64,000 bases of DNA, taken from positions 758,735 through 822,734 of the forward strand of contig NMRA01000058.1 of NCBI GenBank assembly GCA_002633005.1, written 5' to 3'. This document shows, piece after piece, positions 1-14,087 of this stretch. The position numbers were made by a program, and so were the translations under genes. The notes beneath the pieces are model-generated. The model did no database searches. It saw only the letters and a list, made by a program, of their open reading frames with translations, and was not told the origin of the DNA. How positions within the stretch are numbered: position 1 is the first letter of the stretch; every line of letters starts with the position of its first letter. The DNA comes from Phoronis australis. Taxonomy: Eukaryota; Animalia; Phoronida.

Positions 1-235
1 CAGATGTTATGTACTGATTAATTGAAATGTCCAGGACTACCATGATTCGGTCAAAAATAATTCTAGCGAATAATAAATTGCTAAATATTTTGACAGCCGT
101 TTGGCAATTTATGTCTTAACTGTTGTCTAGTGGGACACATTCAAGTTGGTGACGGCATTATGTTTTATGTTAAATTGATTGTTCCAGGGCATGGATTCTT
201 TTCCCTTAAAACGCACCATGCTGTCTTTCTTACAG

Positions 236-357
236 ATGCTACGAGAACTATAGAAACTAGTGATAACTCTTCCCTTCCACGCAACCTCAAGGACACAAAG
301 GAACTGTCAGGATCAGCTAGGTCATTCCAGAGTACTGATTCAGATCAGTTCTACTAG
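236..357 (+). CDS. Probable terminal coding exon of an unidentified upstream gene (reading frame uncertain; longest frame ends ...SARSFQSTDSDQFY*)
   Basis: Pyrimidine-rich acceptor ctgtctttcttacag ends at 235. An open frame runs to TAG at 355-357 and is followed by about 3.5 kb of T/G-skewed sequence without long ORFs. The other two frames end sooner (MLREL*, CYENYRN*). Confidence 0.4.
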
Positions 358-3300
358 TCTCAGTCTTGTCTTCTTCAACACTGTCCTCTGTGGGCAGGAG
401 TCTTCGTCTGGCACAGTCCATCAGTTGCTTATTAAAAGCAGTCTCTTGGTGAAAAAAGTAATGATGGTTTAGATGTACTTTGGCTGTGGTGACCCTCAAG
501 CACTGAGGAATGTAGGTCATAGAAAGTCAGTGATGCATTGAAATACGGTGTTTTTCACCTGACTTGTTTCGTATACAAGTTAATCGCCGTTTGGTGTGTG
601 GAAAATACTGGACACTCATGACTGCAGTTTTGCATTTTGTTTTTTAATTATGACAGGTGGGCTTCATTGTACTCCAACAATATCAATTAAAAGCAGTATC
701 CAACTATTCAGCATTTATATATGCATCCTTGACCTTAATTTGTACTTAGATTTTTATCAATGCTTTGTATGAAACTCTATCGCAGTTTGTGACAGAAGTT
801 ATTTTGTAAGTAAAAAAGTTCTTCAACTCTTTTCCTAGCCAAGCAGAAGTGGGGCTGTACACTGAGAAGACCTGCCTTGAGATAGAACAAATTCTTTTAA
901 GTATTAGGACTGATAGCTGGGGGTTGTATCGGCATTAAAACTTGGCATGCGTTCTTTTAACGTTTGAACCTGTGCTAGGATCTAGCTAAAATCTAGCCAA
1001 AGTCACATGTTCTCATTTAAAATACACGACAATATCTGACGTAATTTCGCGAAGTCTTGCTTTTTAGCGAGGTCCTAGCGTTACTGAACGGGAGGCTGAA
1101 CTTTACCTTAAGTTGTTATTCATCTTAAGGTGAAAGTGATTCATTTGTGTCTTCATACTTTCACTCACCACTTCTGCATGATGTGGTTATTGGCTTATAA
1201 ACGGTATAATTTGATGATTTCTCTGAGCAATATCCTTTAGTCTGGTAATACACGATAATAAATGTACATTCTATAGCTACATTTCACCCCGTTTAGCTGT
1301 CTCTGTAAACCTTTTGAGTTCTTAACCAAAGAACCAAAACCAGCAGCTGATCTGTGTTGTTCTCGTGGGACATGGTCCTTGTTGTGTCACATCACTGACG
1401 TATCATTGTTGATGGATCTAAGTTGAGGGTTATCATTCTTGTTGTTGATCTTTTCAGTGCTTATGTCACTACCAGCCTTGATATCTATATCCGTCGACTT
1501 AGTTATGTTTGAATAATCAAATTCTAAGTCTGTTGACAATATTTTATGTTTCTCTAACGTGATATTAGATGCTAGATTAATACAGTTATTTGTTATCATT
1601 CGTAAATGAATCGTGTGTTTTGTAAAGCTATATCAAGACAAGTGCATTTTTGTTGCCGTTATTTTACAATGTTTGGTTTCTGCATTTTGCCTCGCGCAGA
1701 AAGCATGGCACGTATACCATGTCCATTATTGATGGTCTAAAGTTTGCTGAATTTTTAGTAACGTCTGGTGAAGAATGACAATACCTTGTTGGCTTTTCAA
1801 AAATAAATTCCAATTATGGTCACTGAATTTTTACCACAGAAGTATAATCTTCACCATCCGATGTGAAACGCCACGCACTCCATATACTCTGACCTCGCAT
1901 CAAGAGCCTTTACCTAGCACAGTGTTAAGACAATACATGCATAAACATTGATACAATGACTGGTGTTTTGTGGAGAGTGGTGAGGATTTCACTCCATGGT
2001 AATTGTTTATAATAGTGTTCTATGGTAAGAGTTTATGGCCCATGGTAAGGGTTGGATTACCACCACTGGATTCTACCTCAACAGTAATTCATGCTGTCCC
2101 TAAAAGGAATGGAACCATTTTTGATGTTACCTATAGGAAAAAATACAGCCCCTGGTGTTCTTGGAGAGACAATTTTCTGTATTAATTAATGTTCCTTGAC
2201 GTATATTTGCTATCCAAGGAGCAATAGAAAGCCGCGTAAACAGCCCAGCAAATGGGTCACTTCTAAGTTTTAAGATTCATTTTTATTGGATACACTGGAA
2301 TGACTTACACAGAAACAGGTGGTCTTGAATGTAAAATATTTTTGCTTAATGGAGGTGATTGCAGAAACAAGATGTGAAATTCTTGCTGGGCTTTTCCCAC
2401 CACGTTCTGTTGATGCATTTTTAGTAAATACTCGGGGTGAGATCAGTAATTAAACATCTCCAAGGTAACCAGGATCTGTATTTTTGCTAAACGCAGCATC
2501 AAAAATAGTTGGCTGCATTCTCCGATAACCCAAAGTACATTTTGATGTCAATACAGCTACGTAAAATGATTTGGTTAGAACATTATATTTAACTTTTTTA
2601 CTAATATTTATAATTAGATTGTGATTCAGAAGGTTTAACTATTCTCTGCATGAAAGCTTGGCATTTTGCTCGTCGTGTTCCAGTGTGGTCTAGAGTATGG
2701 GGAAACTGATGTGTGTAACACTGGTTAGGGGTTATATAAAAAGTTCATTACTACCAGTTTGTGTCCAGTAAAGGGAGCTTTTGTTGTGAGATTTCGACAT
2801 TTCACAAAGGTACCTAACAATCCAACACTGCGCCCTCTAACCAAGAACCGCGACCTTAAAATACAGTTCTTTGGACAGCAATCCGAGCTTTCAAACATAA
2901 ATCAGCATAAATCCTTCATCAAAATGTGATGGCCGTTGCACTTACTTAAGGCCGGGGCTTCATGGTAGTGTGTGATGGCCTGTTTTTTCAGGTTCTTGCT
3001 TCAAAGGCATGGTAAACCATTTTTTACGATTTAGGTTTTGTGTTTCCAGCAACCAATTGTTTTTGATGTTATGTTTAATAAGAATCCTGGTCCCTGGTTA
3101 TCATGAAGATATATTTTGTTAATCACAGTTTCCCTTTCTGTATTTACTATCAATGGAACAATAGATAGTGGGATGAAGGGTCCGCATCTTTGTTTTCCAT
3201 TCTTTTCCATTTAGCAAACATTGGATGGTCGTTTGTGTTATGAAATTGGAATTGAGTGCAGATCCAAGATGCGCCTCTTTTGTTATTTTGTTATATTATT

Positions 3301-3935
3301 CTATAGATAGTTAACACTTACAAAGGAACAGAAATGAACAGCAAGAAATGTTTATCATAGATTACCAGGCATGGATTTGTGTTTTTACTAAAAGTTATGT
3401 ACAGGTAAAAAAGCTGACTTTCCTCTATGGGGTCTGCAGTGTTGTTGAAGACACCCTGTTCTGTCGTCTTTTACCCTTGGTTACAGATTCGTAGAAAATC
3501 ATGTGTTCAGTTCCCTGTGTTCATCCAGGTATAGAGATCCAAGTGTGGCTTTGTGTTTTGTGCAGCTCATACAGTGGAGAGGTGGGGTTTTGGGGATATT
3601 GTTGTCCTGTGTTATGGACATGTGACCTTTTGAGGCTGGAATGGAATATTGTTGGTTGTAATACTTTGATGAAATTCCAGCTAATTGGGTAGATTTGAAA
3701 AGTGTTTTGTGTTCTGGTTTTGTAAGAAATAAAACCTTGGAGCATAGGAGTGTGAGGGCTCTGAACATGTCTTGTATTGATGTCTAGTTGGATTGGAGGT
3801 GTTGCCACAATTCAATGTGATTTTGTACAGGGAATCTTGCATCTACTATGTGTTGCTGTGTACATTGTCTTGCTTTAATGGTCAGGTTTTTATCACATCT
3901 ATATGCTATAATAAATAGTAAAGTAAAATGTGAAT
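358..3935 (+). other. Probable long 3' UTR with polyadenylation signals
   Basis: T/GT-rich on the + strand with no recognisable repeats. AATAAA at 3728-3733 and 3910-3915. Repeat-like sequence begins after about 4000. Confidence 0.4.
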
Positions 3936-4364
3936 TTTTATTTGCCCACAAAAATTATTGATGCGTATAGTATGGAATGCTAAAACGGAAGAAATTCAGC
4001 ACATATTTACACTGGAAGATCATGATGATATTAACATCATTCAAAATGTTAACATTTTAAAAATCTTGTCAACTAAAACCTTGATTACATTCTTTTTAAA
4101 TGTTGCCAACATTTTCAAAAAATATTAAAATTTTATTTAAATGTTGCCAAAAGTTTCAAAAAATCTTGTCTTCATTTTGAAAGTCAACGATTTTGTTCAT
4201 CATGGATTACATAAGATAATTGCAGCGGAGAGATGTGTTCAACTCTAGATTTCAGATTTCGCTATCGGCAAGAGTATCCAATTTCCATGCATCGTTAAGA
4301 AATTTGAGAAATGTTTTTCTGTTGACGTGATAGCAGATGACGCTGTGCTTCTTAGTCATGGCAA

Positions 4365-5318
4365 TTTTATTATGCGCTCAAATATTTGTACGTGGGCGTG
4401 TTATTCCGTTATTATTTTTTAGTCTGTTTTTTTTTGCGTCCGCCTCTGTCGGCCAACTTAAAGTTGACATCTTGTTATCATGGGAAGTGTACATGTGGCG
4501 ATGATTTTTGGACAGCGTCGACGACTGTGGCGCCTCTTAGGTACAGTTTTCTTTTCGTTGCGTCTATGGCTGTATCCCATAAACCCCGTGCGGAATCTGC
4601 TAAATTTGTCAAGTATATTTATATCAAGCTGACAGGTAACGACGACTTTTTGTCGGAACCAATAACCGCTGTGCACCCTTGAGCCAATTATATTTTTCTC
4701 CGTTTCCCTCTGTATTTTTGGAGTTCCTTGGTATATTTTTAATGAAATTTGGCCTATAGGTTTCTATGAATGAGGCGATGACACCATTTTCGTTTTCAGA
4801 TGAATTTGATGGGGTGTATACCTCCTAGTGGCTGTTTTTTATTATGTTTTTGGCGTCCATCTCTCTATCTGCCAAAGGTCTCTAAGAACTGTTATGAAAA
4901 TTGGTAACTGTGTTCCTAGTGGAAGAGCGTTGTTGACGACTTCTGGACAATTTGACTATTGTGGCACTTGCTAGTGCCAGTTTGCTTTCTTTGCACCCAC
5001 AGCTGTTTCTCCCTGCTGGATCTTTATGGAATATGACGAGTGTATTTCCATGAACATGACAACAGATGGCGACGTTTGGACGTATGTGACTACCACTGTA
5101 CTCCCAGTGCCAGTTTCAATTTTTTATGGGCTTGACAAATGTGTTCCTATTGAGTAGAGCATTCCTGACTTGCTATACGCCCCCCTAGAAGCTATTTTAA
5201 GTTTGCTAACATTGGTCCATTTAGTGAGAATATATTAAATGTGTAACCATTCCTTGTATCTGCGACATATGACATGCAGACGATGGGCACAAAACAACGC
5301 TCTGCGTTGCTCTTGTTT
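4365..5318 (-). mobile_element. Non-autonomous Helentron-type (HINE/DINE-1-like) repeat, diverged copy
   Basis: The right end, reverse-complemented, reads aacaagagcaacgcagagcgttg, matching 53796. The left end ttttattatgcgctcaaatatttgtacgtgggcgtgttattccgt matches the reverse complement of the 3' hairpin at 55030-55070. Degenerate tandem subrepeats lie between. Confidence 0.7.
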
Positions 5319-5379
5319 TAACGGTGGACCTCTGTATCTTCGGAGCTCCTTTCTGTTTTCGGAGGGATTACATGTATGC

Positions 5380-6963
5380 TACGCCGTTTAGTGGTACTTT
5401 TATTATATTCGGGTCTGTTTTTGGCGTCAGCCTCTATCCGTCTTACTGCTCGAAGATTTTCTACTTACAGCAGTATTGACTGGCGTTGATTTTCGGACGG
5501 ATCCGATACTGTGGCGCCCCTTAGTGACATTTGTTTTATGCACAAATGTTTCGGCTGTTCCCCTTGTAGGATCTTTGTAAAATATGACAAACACATTCCT
5601 ATGATAGGCCGTAGGCCACTTCTGTGACCACTTTCGGGGGGGGGGTAACTTTGTTTTGATATTTTTGATATCACGAAAACCATTTTATTTTATAAAAGTA
5701 AAACGTCCCTATCTCCATGTTTAATCTTGCACATTTCTACGAATTTTTAAATTTTCTATTTCTGCAAATTAGACATGGCGAAGAATTTGTTTTTAAAAAA
5801 TGAACTTAAATGTACAGGTATGTCGATACTGCAATAATTACATTTTTCATTTTTTACAATTTAATATGCAAATAAAATATACAAATTTCTGAATTTTTAG
5901 CGTCACCTAGAGGTGACAGCTGGAACGGCCATCTTAAACAGTTAAATTTGTTGAACTTGTAAACTGAAACGTATTGCTAAACTTAAAATTTCTCCAGTAA
6001 AATTGATAACCCATTTGCAAATCTTTCATAGGTGTGAGTGGAAAACACTTGGTTTTCCAAAAAATAATCATTAAACTTCCACGAGGTGGTGCTATGGATT
6101 CGAGATTTTAGTTCCAGGTCTTTCGCACCTTCTTTATTTAACGTGTTTACCATTTGCATTACACTAAACTCCAACAACTATGTTACTTGGTAAACAACGA
6201 GCAATTTTGATTTAACAAAATTAAAATAAACCCTAAGATTTCAAGAGAAAAATCAGCCTTACTATTTTATCAAATTAGACATGAACTGGCGCGTGAGGTT
6301 TTGACCATAGAAAAAGAAGGTCCTCAAATGTTAGCCATGTTCTTATCTACTAAGTCACAAAAATCACTGTTTTGAAAACAACTGCAACTGGAGTCCTGAA
6401 CATTCCCCATTATATGATTAAATTTTTCATCGTTCAGTGTGTTATTAAGTATTACCTCAGTCACGGTCATTGGCTAAACAGGCAGCATACAGCGCTTTAC
6501 ATTAGGAGAGTCTAAAAACCTGCTTGTTTTACAAAAATGTATAATTTAAAATGCGTTGACATTTCGAATATCAAATGGTTGGAGATATATCTAGCCACAC
6601 AAGAAAAATAGAGTTGACACCTTGACATGGTCACTGGATGCCTTGAAAAGGCTGGAGCCAGTGCGTCCCACGACCAATGTAAGTGACAATAGACGACAAC
6701 TTCTTTTGGACAGATGTGACTACCACTTTGCCTCAATTGGCAACCCTGTTTTCTCTTTACGTTTGCCTCTGTATCATCGGAGTTCCTGAAAGGATTTCCA
6801 TGAAATTTTGCGAATAGGTTTCTGTGAGGAAGACGACAATGCCTTCCCATTTTGGACAGGTTCAACGTATTCTGCGCCATCTAGGGGCCATGATACGTAT
6901 CCCTAAGCATATCTTTTGCGGTGCTGCAATGGGCGCATTTCAACGCTTTGAGTTGCACTTGTT
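5380..6963 (-). mobile_element. Second HINE-like copy, interrupted by an unrelated AT-rich insertion (about 5635-6650)
   Basis: 6928-6963 reverse-complemented reads aacaagtgcaactcaaagcgttgaaatgcgcccatt, matching 53796-53830. Family subrepeats (tttcggacggatccgatactgtggcgcccc; ttttggacagatgtgactacc) occur on both sides of the insertion. Left boundary approximate. Confidence 0.55.
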
Positions 6964-9244
6964 AATTAATAGCTGCTAGAAACGAAAAAAATATTGCTCA
7001 GACTTTAAACAAGAGTACTGCGACGCTTACACCGAGTGACTTTATTTGTATTTAGAAGTAATTAAAGAATGACATTTATTTATACCTTATTGTTAATTTA
7101 AAATTTAAATAAGCGACGATGTTTTGAGGCACAGTCGCGGCTTCGGTAGATGCCAAAGCGTTGACTTTAGACTGCGTATTTTTGTAGGGAAAATGTAGCC
7201 TATTAACTTTTATTTCGCTTTGCTTATAAATAGAACTCAGGACGGAATCAGGTGGACATTTCGCTGCAAACATGACAAAAACAAGTAGCTGATATTTTCT
7301 TATGGTGTATCAGGTCAGTTTATTTGCTCTCTCCGTCTGAGTTGTTATTTATACACCAAAGACTCGGCGGGTAATAATTTACGATAATTAGAAAACCCAC
7401 GAGTCGAGTTTAATTTCACGTTCTACGTCACACGCCATCTCCAATGCTTGAGCTGCAGTAGGATGAAAGAGAAAGAAAATGGATCACTTCTGGCAATAGG
7501 ATAGGTGTTCGTGACTGAAAGAAACGAGTTAAATTGTTCAAAAGGTGGTCTTGTCAACAACGTTTGAAATCTAATATGTTTCTAGTAATGCCTAAATTTC
7601 CAGAGTTCCATTTTTTATTTTCTGATGAATATTTACGAGCTAAATCGGAAGCGCACATTTAGATTTTTCCAATCCCAAGGTATTGGTTTAGTTGTTCAAC
7701 TTTCATGTGGTTGGAGGAATCACATATCTAGTTTGATTACGTCGGAGGCATTTTTACATCGTGAAGCAGTTGCGCATGCTCAGTTGCAATTGTTTTAACA
7801 AATAACAAACTATTTTATACCATTAAACACATGATTGAGTTAGTTAAGAGAATTAGTGCTAGCTCTGTTATTACACTTGACAAAACGAGACATCGGCGGC
7901 AGGTTCGCGTTTTGCTGTCACTTGCTCTGAGTAAAACATTACAGCCTTTACCTGTCGTTTTAGAAAAATTTAAAATCCTTAAAGAAGCTTTGAAAACCAT
8001 GTGCGTTTCAGCTACTCCATAATATAAGAAAAAAATAAGACAGAAAAATATTACACCAACAATACCTGACCTAATGATGATTAAGACCAAATTTGCTATT
8101 TTGTCTTATTTCCGTGGCAACATTTCTGAAAATGGTAAACTGGGTTCAGAATGGTACAAACAATGCGCTTACAGTTAGGAGGGGGGCTTAATTTTCTCGT
8201 GTGTTTCTTAGGCGTGGAGCGCATTTTCAAGAAGTCATAGGCTTTGAACGACTCCAGGAACAAAATCAAATTTGTTCGTTTTTGTTGATCAGTTATTTTT
8301 GTCAATATAAAATATGCGGACATCTGTCTTTCATGAATCATATTTGTCGGTTTTAGATCGCCCAACTCGGGACGTTTTAGTGTTCTCCGTAGTCTGTTTT
8401 GCCTCGTTGCCAGTTTGAATTTTGTCGCAACGAGTTTGGCTGACCTACGTTGTCTCTGGAAATCAATGCAACGAGTTTTAACCTGAAAAAACCGAGGTGA
8501 ATAACATCTTTTCTAGGTGTTTGATACCATCTCAGTGTACTGATTCCAATTATTTGTATACAAATGATCTACGGTATGAACATGGATTTGCAAACATGTT
8601 CATGAATTTTGTAAATCCCATCGCATTTGCATTTCCTGTGTCTACGACATTAAATAATACGACAATCACTTGACGTATATTTAGTGTTCTACAAGTTAGA
8701 GTGTCTCTCGCGTGCCTTTACATTTGAACGCAGCCATAGCAAAACGTAAGGGTCAATGAATCAAATAAAATTGAATTTTTAAATATATGATGTCTGAGAA
8801 AATCATGTAAATATGGGAATTTTCAGGATGTTCGATGTCAGCGTATTTTATAAAAATAAGTCAGTAACATGACCCTTGGGAACAGGTGTTGCACTCGAAA
8901 TATTTACGGGGATGTTATCTTTACCAAGATACGGAGGATGGAAATGTGTGCCCATGTTCAATAGGAATGTTCCCATTCGGTACAGTCGAGAAATGAACGA
9001 AACCCAAGGAGGTCAAATTACTTTATGACAAAGAAACACAAAAATGAATCTAAGCTTACTGTAGATGTCGAAAAACAACAACATACCTTAGCGTGTACTT
9101 TGTTTTAATGTACAAAAATTTAAAAGGGCTACCTAGCGTCCAGAGTCCCATCTGCAGAAAACGTTCTCCGAATACCATAGCTCACATGGCCGGAAAAGGA
9201 TGGTACCTACATGTAGAAGAGTAGAGGATTGCTGTGACGGAAAA

Positions 9245-9544
9245 TGGAACCTGTTGTGTGGAAAATTTCACAGCAAGATCAAAACTATCAATTTCGTTCA
9301 CATGGCGTAGCATTTAGTGACGGAAATTGTCGAGAAGTGATTCATGAAATGAATTCCTGGCCAGAGATATTACAGTCACACCTATCTTTATCCTGGATTC
9401 TGTGCACTGAGCAATCCGTATCCGAACTGCGTTCACTTACATTTTGACTGAGTTGGATTGGATGCAATGGCTTCTTAAGATTCCGAAACCAGCCAATGAG
9501 GGTAATATATGTTAATATATGTCGTTACGATTGAGAGGCAATAA
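9245..9544 (+). pseudogene. Decayed, apparently intronless paralog of the basic Ig-like gene
   Basis: From 9381 the frame reads PIFILDSVH*AIRIRTAFTYILTELDWMQWLLKIPKPANEG and, after a frameshift, IYVVTIERQ. The intact gene reads PIEFIGKRHGQVSFPHFYRGRFFYKWMDLLLRIPKVTTEDSGIYTIKVKGQ. WMQWLLKIPK vs WMDLLLRIPK is 7/10 identical, and the TGA sits where the gene has Gly. Upstream GKF and CREVIHE echo GKF and CRDSINE. Confidence 0.55.
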
Positions 9545-12065
9545 TTGGTGTAAGTCTTAACTGTTTAAAATCAGTTATAATTTTATCGCAGTATTCAAAT
9601 ATGTTCTAAAATACTCTTGGGATTATTTTTGGAAAATTGCTTGATTCATTGGCTTGGTTCATATTGTGATCCGAGTGCGATCACACATGATAATCTGCCG
9701 TTAATATTCATCTTGTCAGTCAGCTGTTTGTCGAATGACTGAGCGCATGCGCGCATTTATTATGAATGGCAGGGAGATTATTTATAGAAACTTTGAGGTA
9801 AGTAGTGTTTTCCTTCGAGCGTTTTTCAAAAGTCGTGAATTCTGTGTTTTCTTTCTGGACATTTCCTCTCTTGTGAAAGTGAATAAATCTGTACTAGACT
9901 TTGCGAGATGATACTTTCGTCAGGAATTGTTTAAAAGATATTTTTGACGAGCTTTCGTGTTCCATGCCTCTTTAAATCTGTACTTTGAAATTGACAGCAC
10001 TACATAATTCACTCCCATACTCGTACTTGTAAACTGCATTTTTGTCATCCATAACTTGTTTGGAAATTTTGAATTGACAGGTAGGTGACGTAGTCCCTTT
10101 GGTAATTAAAGTTAAATAATTGGGCTCTGCATAAATCTCTCGTTGACTGTGTATGGGTAGCCAGTGCTCATGAGTTCTGATTTGTACAATTTCGTGAAGA
10201 CGATGATATATCATTCTGAGGACCGAGTAACCACAAGATGTGTTCACAACTATGCTTATCAATTTGGGTTTGATTGTATCAAATAAAGGCTATCAGTTGC
10301 GCACCTCAGTGTGCAGAGCAGCTAGTCCATTGATAAAAATAAGAAAGTCGTACAGCAGACTATTTGATAGTTGAACTTGAGAAATCGAATAACATGCTTA
10401 TTCAGTGTCTTTATGATGAACGAACATTTCTAATAAAAAACTGACAGTTATAGATGCTTATAGCCAGGTGTGCCGGAGTCTGTAGGTCATTAAGCAAGCC
10501 CTAAATAAAAGGCCTCAAACTCATTCCGAGGCAGCACCTCACCCCCTCCGCTCAAAGTAATAACTAGCATAGCAAAGTTGTCGTACCTGCATTGTCCCAT
10601 TGTGACCTTTTGTTTAGACCATACTGCATTTCAGTGTAGTCATTTAGTTTCTCTCGTATTTCGTATTCGTGTTGAAGACATGCAGTTACAGTCACAGATA
10701 TACATATTTTTGTTTTAGCCTTGGTCATGTTTTGTCACTAAATGTTGTTATTTCTAGTGATTCCATAATCTGTGGCGCTTTTTTCAGGTTATTTGGTCAG
10801 ACAGAAGAGAAATTTCGAAAAGACCTCACCGAATTTACTTTACGTGCACTCCTGTGTGATAGTATAATGCATGCCTAAACGCAAGTCAAGGGTCAGAATA
10901 TGTGCTGCTTTCCTATGCTCCATCTTTTGTTGGTGTATACTGTACTGTGACGAGCGCGTGCGTATTTAAAGTTGTTTCTGAATGGTGGTATTTTTGTTGA
11001 GTACAGTTTAGTATAAATATGCCTGTTCTCCACGTATTCCTCAAATGCTGCATCCTTTCGGAAGCATAACATCTCCGAAATTTGTAAATTTATTAGACAT
11101 TTTGCGTGGGTTGATATCAGTATGACAATTACTGTCGAAATATTTTAAGTTTTCAAGTTCTGAAAAGCTCGCTTGCTAAATAATGTTTTGCATCGAGGCT
11201 GCTGCCGCGTGCATCATAGTAAGCGACCCTAGTGGTTGACTTGGGAAAGCCGCGTGGCCCTTACGCCATTGCTCATTAAGTATCCGGCGATTTTTAGCAA
11301 CGTTTACAGCACTTGCGACTGTCGACAGAACGAAATGTAATTTGGTATTATTTCAGTAATTGCAAAACCGTATATTCATGTTTTAACTAATTTAAAATGA
11401 GAACTAAACTTTGATCAAGGCAACTACTACAAGCGCCGGTTCAGTGAGCAAGGGTGGTCCTGTTTGAAGTTTCTTTACAAAAAGGCAACTGAATTGCCCA
11501 CAAAATCGAACGCGGTTCTTGTAAGTCATAAGATTGGTGAATGAAACGGTTTATGTCTCTTAAGTGACGAGTTCTGTCATTAGCAGAAATTGCATCCTCA
11601 ATTTTGTGAATTTTGTAGCGCTTGTCCGAACGTCATTCAACTCAAATTTTCTGAAATTTATATTTCTGTGCTCATGATGGCCTACTTTTCTAGAATACTA
11701 ATTACCCTTTGTTTTGCGTTAGTGGTAGATTAAATCTCGATTGGTTTAAATTTGCCAAAAATGGAGCCAAACGCAATCGAAATTGAGCCGAAAATAAAGG
11801 ATCGTAGATTTTTCTCAAATAAACAACTATTGAAAGCTAATATTTTGTTTGAATGTCTTTCTGTAGCATGAATATATTTACATGCAATAACGAAGACACC
11901 CATGTTCCAGCTGTCGCATGGTTTTCTCAGACAGTTACCTAGCTATTGTTACAATCTTTGTATATTGAGATCTGTCACTGTGCATAACTCGTACAGGCGT
12001 GTGAGATATTGTAAAATACAGAGACAAGCGAACATGTTCACACATGTGCTAGATGTTCATTAAAT

Positions 12066-12133
12066 TTTATTAAGTTTAAACATGAAACTTTACATTTAAA
12101 CTATAAACAATAGATTACAGTACGCACTTTATT
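12066..12133 (-). terminator. Polyadenylation signals of the minus-strand Ig-like gene
   Basis: tttatt (AATAAA on the minus strand) at 12128-12133 and 12066-12071, about 700 nt past the stop codon at 12833. Confidence 0.5.
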
Positions 12134-12832
12134 TACATAAAAGGCGCCACGTTTGGCCCACAGGTACAATTTTCCTTTACCCAGTATTCCAGTAGTGCAC
12201 TTTAAAGTTAAACAAAATTTCCAAACATCAATTATTTCTCATGACACCCACGTATAGTGCATTTCCAATGTCTCACGTTTGTCAAATGCAAGGGTATCTA
12301 AACAATATTTCTTACCGGTGGAGCCCTTTGTATGCAGTACGGTAGCCCACCTGCACGTTCGTTACTACTTGGAGATTTCGAACATGCTGGGTTGAATGAA
12401 ACTTTAAAACTTTTCAGCCGGAAACGTTTGACTGTTGCACAACACCAAACGTGATAGTGCGTGACAACGCGAGATAGTGCGATGTCTCTTTTTTATCCAA
12501 CGCATAACCTTTATGCCACCCAATCTCATGCCATCCGGCCCTGAGTTCTCTCTATTGCGTCACTCAAATAAACAACAGAATATTTTGCCAATAAAAGACG
12601 CCCATTTCGTTGCACACGGCAATGCACATGTATTGCACCTCTTTAGTCTGTTAATTAAAAAGAAATCAAACGCCACGCCTATTTGAAATTGATCTTGCCA
12701 TGTTTTCTCAACGACCTTCTCAACAATGCGAAAAACGTATACTTACAGACAAAATAAATATTAAAAATTTACACGCACGAACTTCATAATTTCGCGATAT
12801 CTCTGTCAGCATCGATAATTAACTTGAAATCT

Positions 12833-13146
12833 TTACGGTTTGTTAATTCGCTGGGAACGCTTGGTCTTGCGTGCCTTGCGGGTCTTGTGTCTTCGCGATC
12901 TCCCCTTCCTGCGATCCTTTCTTTTCTTTCGCTTCAGCGTCTTTACTTTAACTTCATTGGCGCGTTGTGCAATGTTAACAAATATCGTGTGTTCCTCTGC
13001 TACTCCTGACTGACCCTTGACCTTTATGGTGTAAATTCCAGAGTCCTCTGTTGTCACCTTAGGAATTCTCAGCAGGAGGTCCATCCATTTGTAGAAGAAG
13101 CGTCCTCTGTAGAAGTGAGGGAAAGACACCTGGCCGTGGCGTTTTC
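12833..13146 (-). CDS. Coding exon 3 (last) of secreted basic Ig-like protein: Ig D-G strands plus Lys/Arg-rich tail
   Basis: Acceptor cttattttacacag, phase 1. Translates GKRHGQVSFPHFYRGRFFYKWMDLLLRIPKVTTEDSGIYTIKVKGQ...KRKKRKDRRKGRSRRHKTRKARKTKRSQRINKP*. RGRF...LxI..V..EDSGxY is the V-set tyrosine-corner motif, with Ile where the F-strand Cys usually lies, as in CD2/CEACAM N-domains. Confidence 0.85.
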
Positions 13147-13767
13147 CTGTGTAAAATAAGCGTTTTGTATTATCACAAATACTAAAAATATATAATTCAT
13201 AAGACGAAACATTACACTGGCTGTAGGCTAAACTGTTGGTGCATTTCACAAAAATTGTCAAACACGCATTCGGCAGACTACCTGCAAGTGAGATGACGGT
13301 GAATTCCAAATTAGGTTCCCCTAACTTTTTCATGTTTTAAGCACCTTAAAACATGGTAAAGATTGTTTGCTACGAGCCCATGATAATGTTGAACTACTAT
13401 CTTTCGCCCATACTACCTTTCATACAGAACAGCTGGCTAGAGAACTGAGTGGAATGCGAAGTTTTAAGAGAGAAACTGTGACCCAGGTTCGTCGTAACGT
13501 TGATCGACTGCATGGTCTAATAAACAAATGATTTCTTGACAGTGTTCCTAAACAGAAGTCAGGGCCTTAGAAAAAACAACACAGAGAAGTTTAAAAATAG
13601 TATTATTTGTCCAGCCAAACTTCCTAAATTAACGCTTGCATCCGTCGGTAGGCTATTGTTCTGAGACAACCAAAGCGTGCCAACCGAATATAAATAAACA
13701 GCTACTTTGAAACAAAGGAAAACACGGACACACGCCCACACACCACGTGGCTCAGAAGAAATAACAT

Positions 13768-14087
13768 TGTTTTAAGAGCCAAGCTTGAAAACAAACTCGC
13801 AGATCGTCCATGTTATTGCTGTTGGTGCGGCAACTACTACGAACTCGTGATCAACTCCAAGTTGCTTTTGTAAATAAATCTTACACTTATAATGTACATC
13901 CGATTGTCATTTAAACGGAAACTCAATGTTTTTAAGAGCCAGGCTTGAAAACAAATTCTCAGATCGTCCATGTTTTTGTTGTTGGTGCGGCAACTACTAC
14001 GAACTCGTGATCAACTCCAAGTTGCTCTTATAAATAAATCTTACACTTATAATGTACATCCGATTGTCATTCATACGGAAACTCAAT
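13768..14087. repeat. Tandem duplication, 2 x about 160 bp, near-identical
   Basis: Units begin tgttttaagagcc at 13768 and 13927 and end acggaaactcaat. Confidence 0.9.

Noticed and set aside
13147-13333. N-terminal part of the 166-aa ORF 12833-13333
   Set aside because: Lies upstream of the splice acceptor at 13147-13148, so it is intronic read-through.
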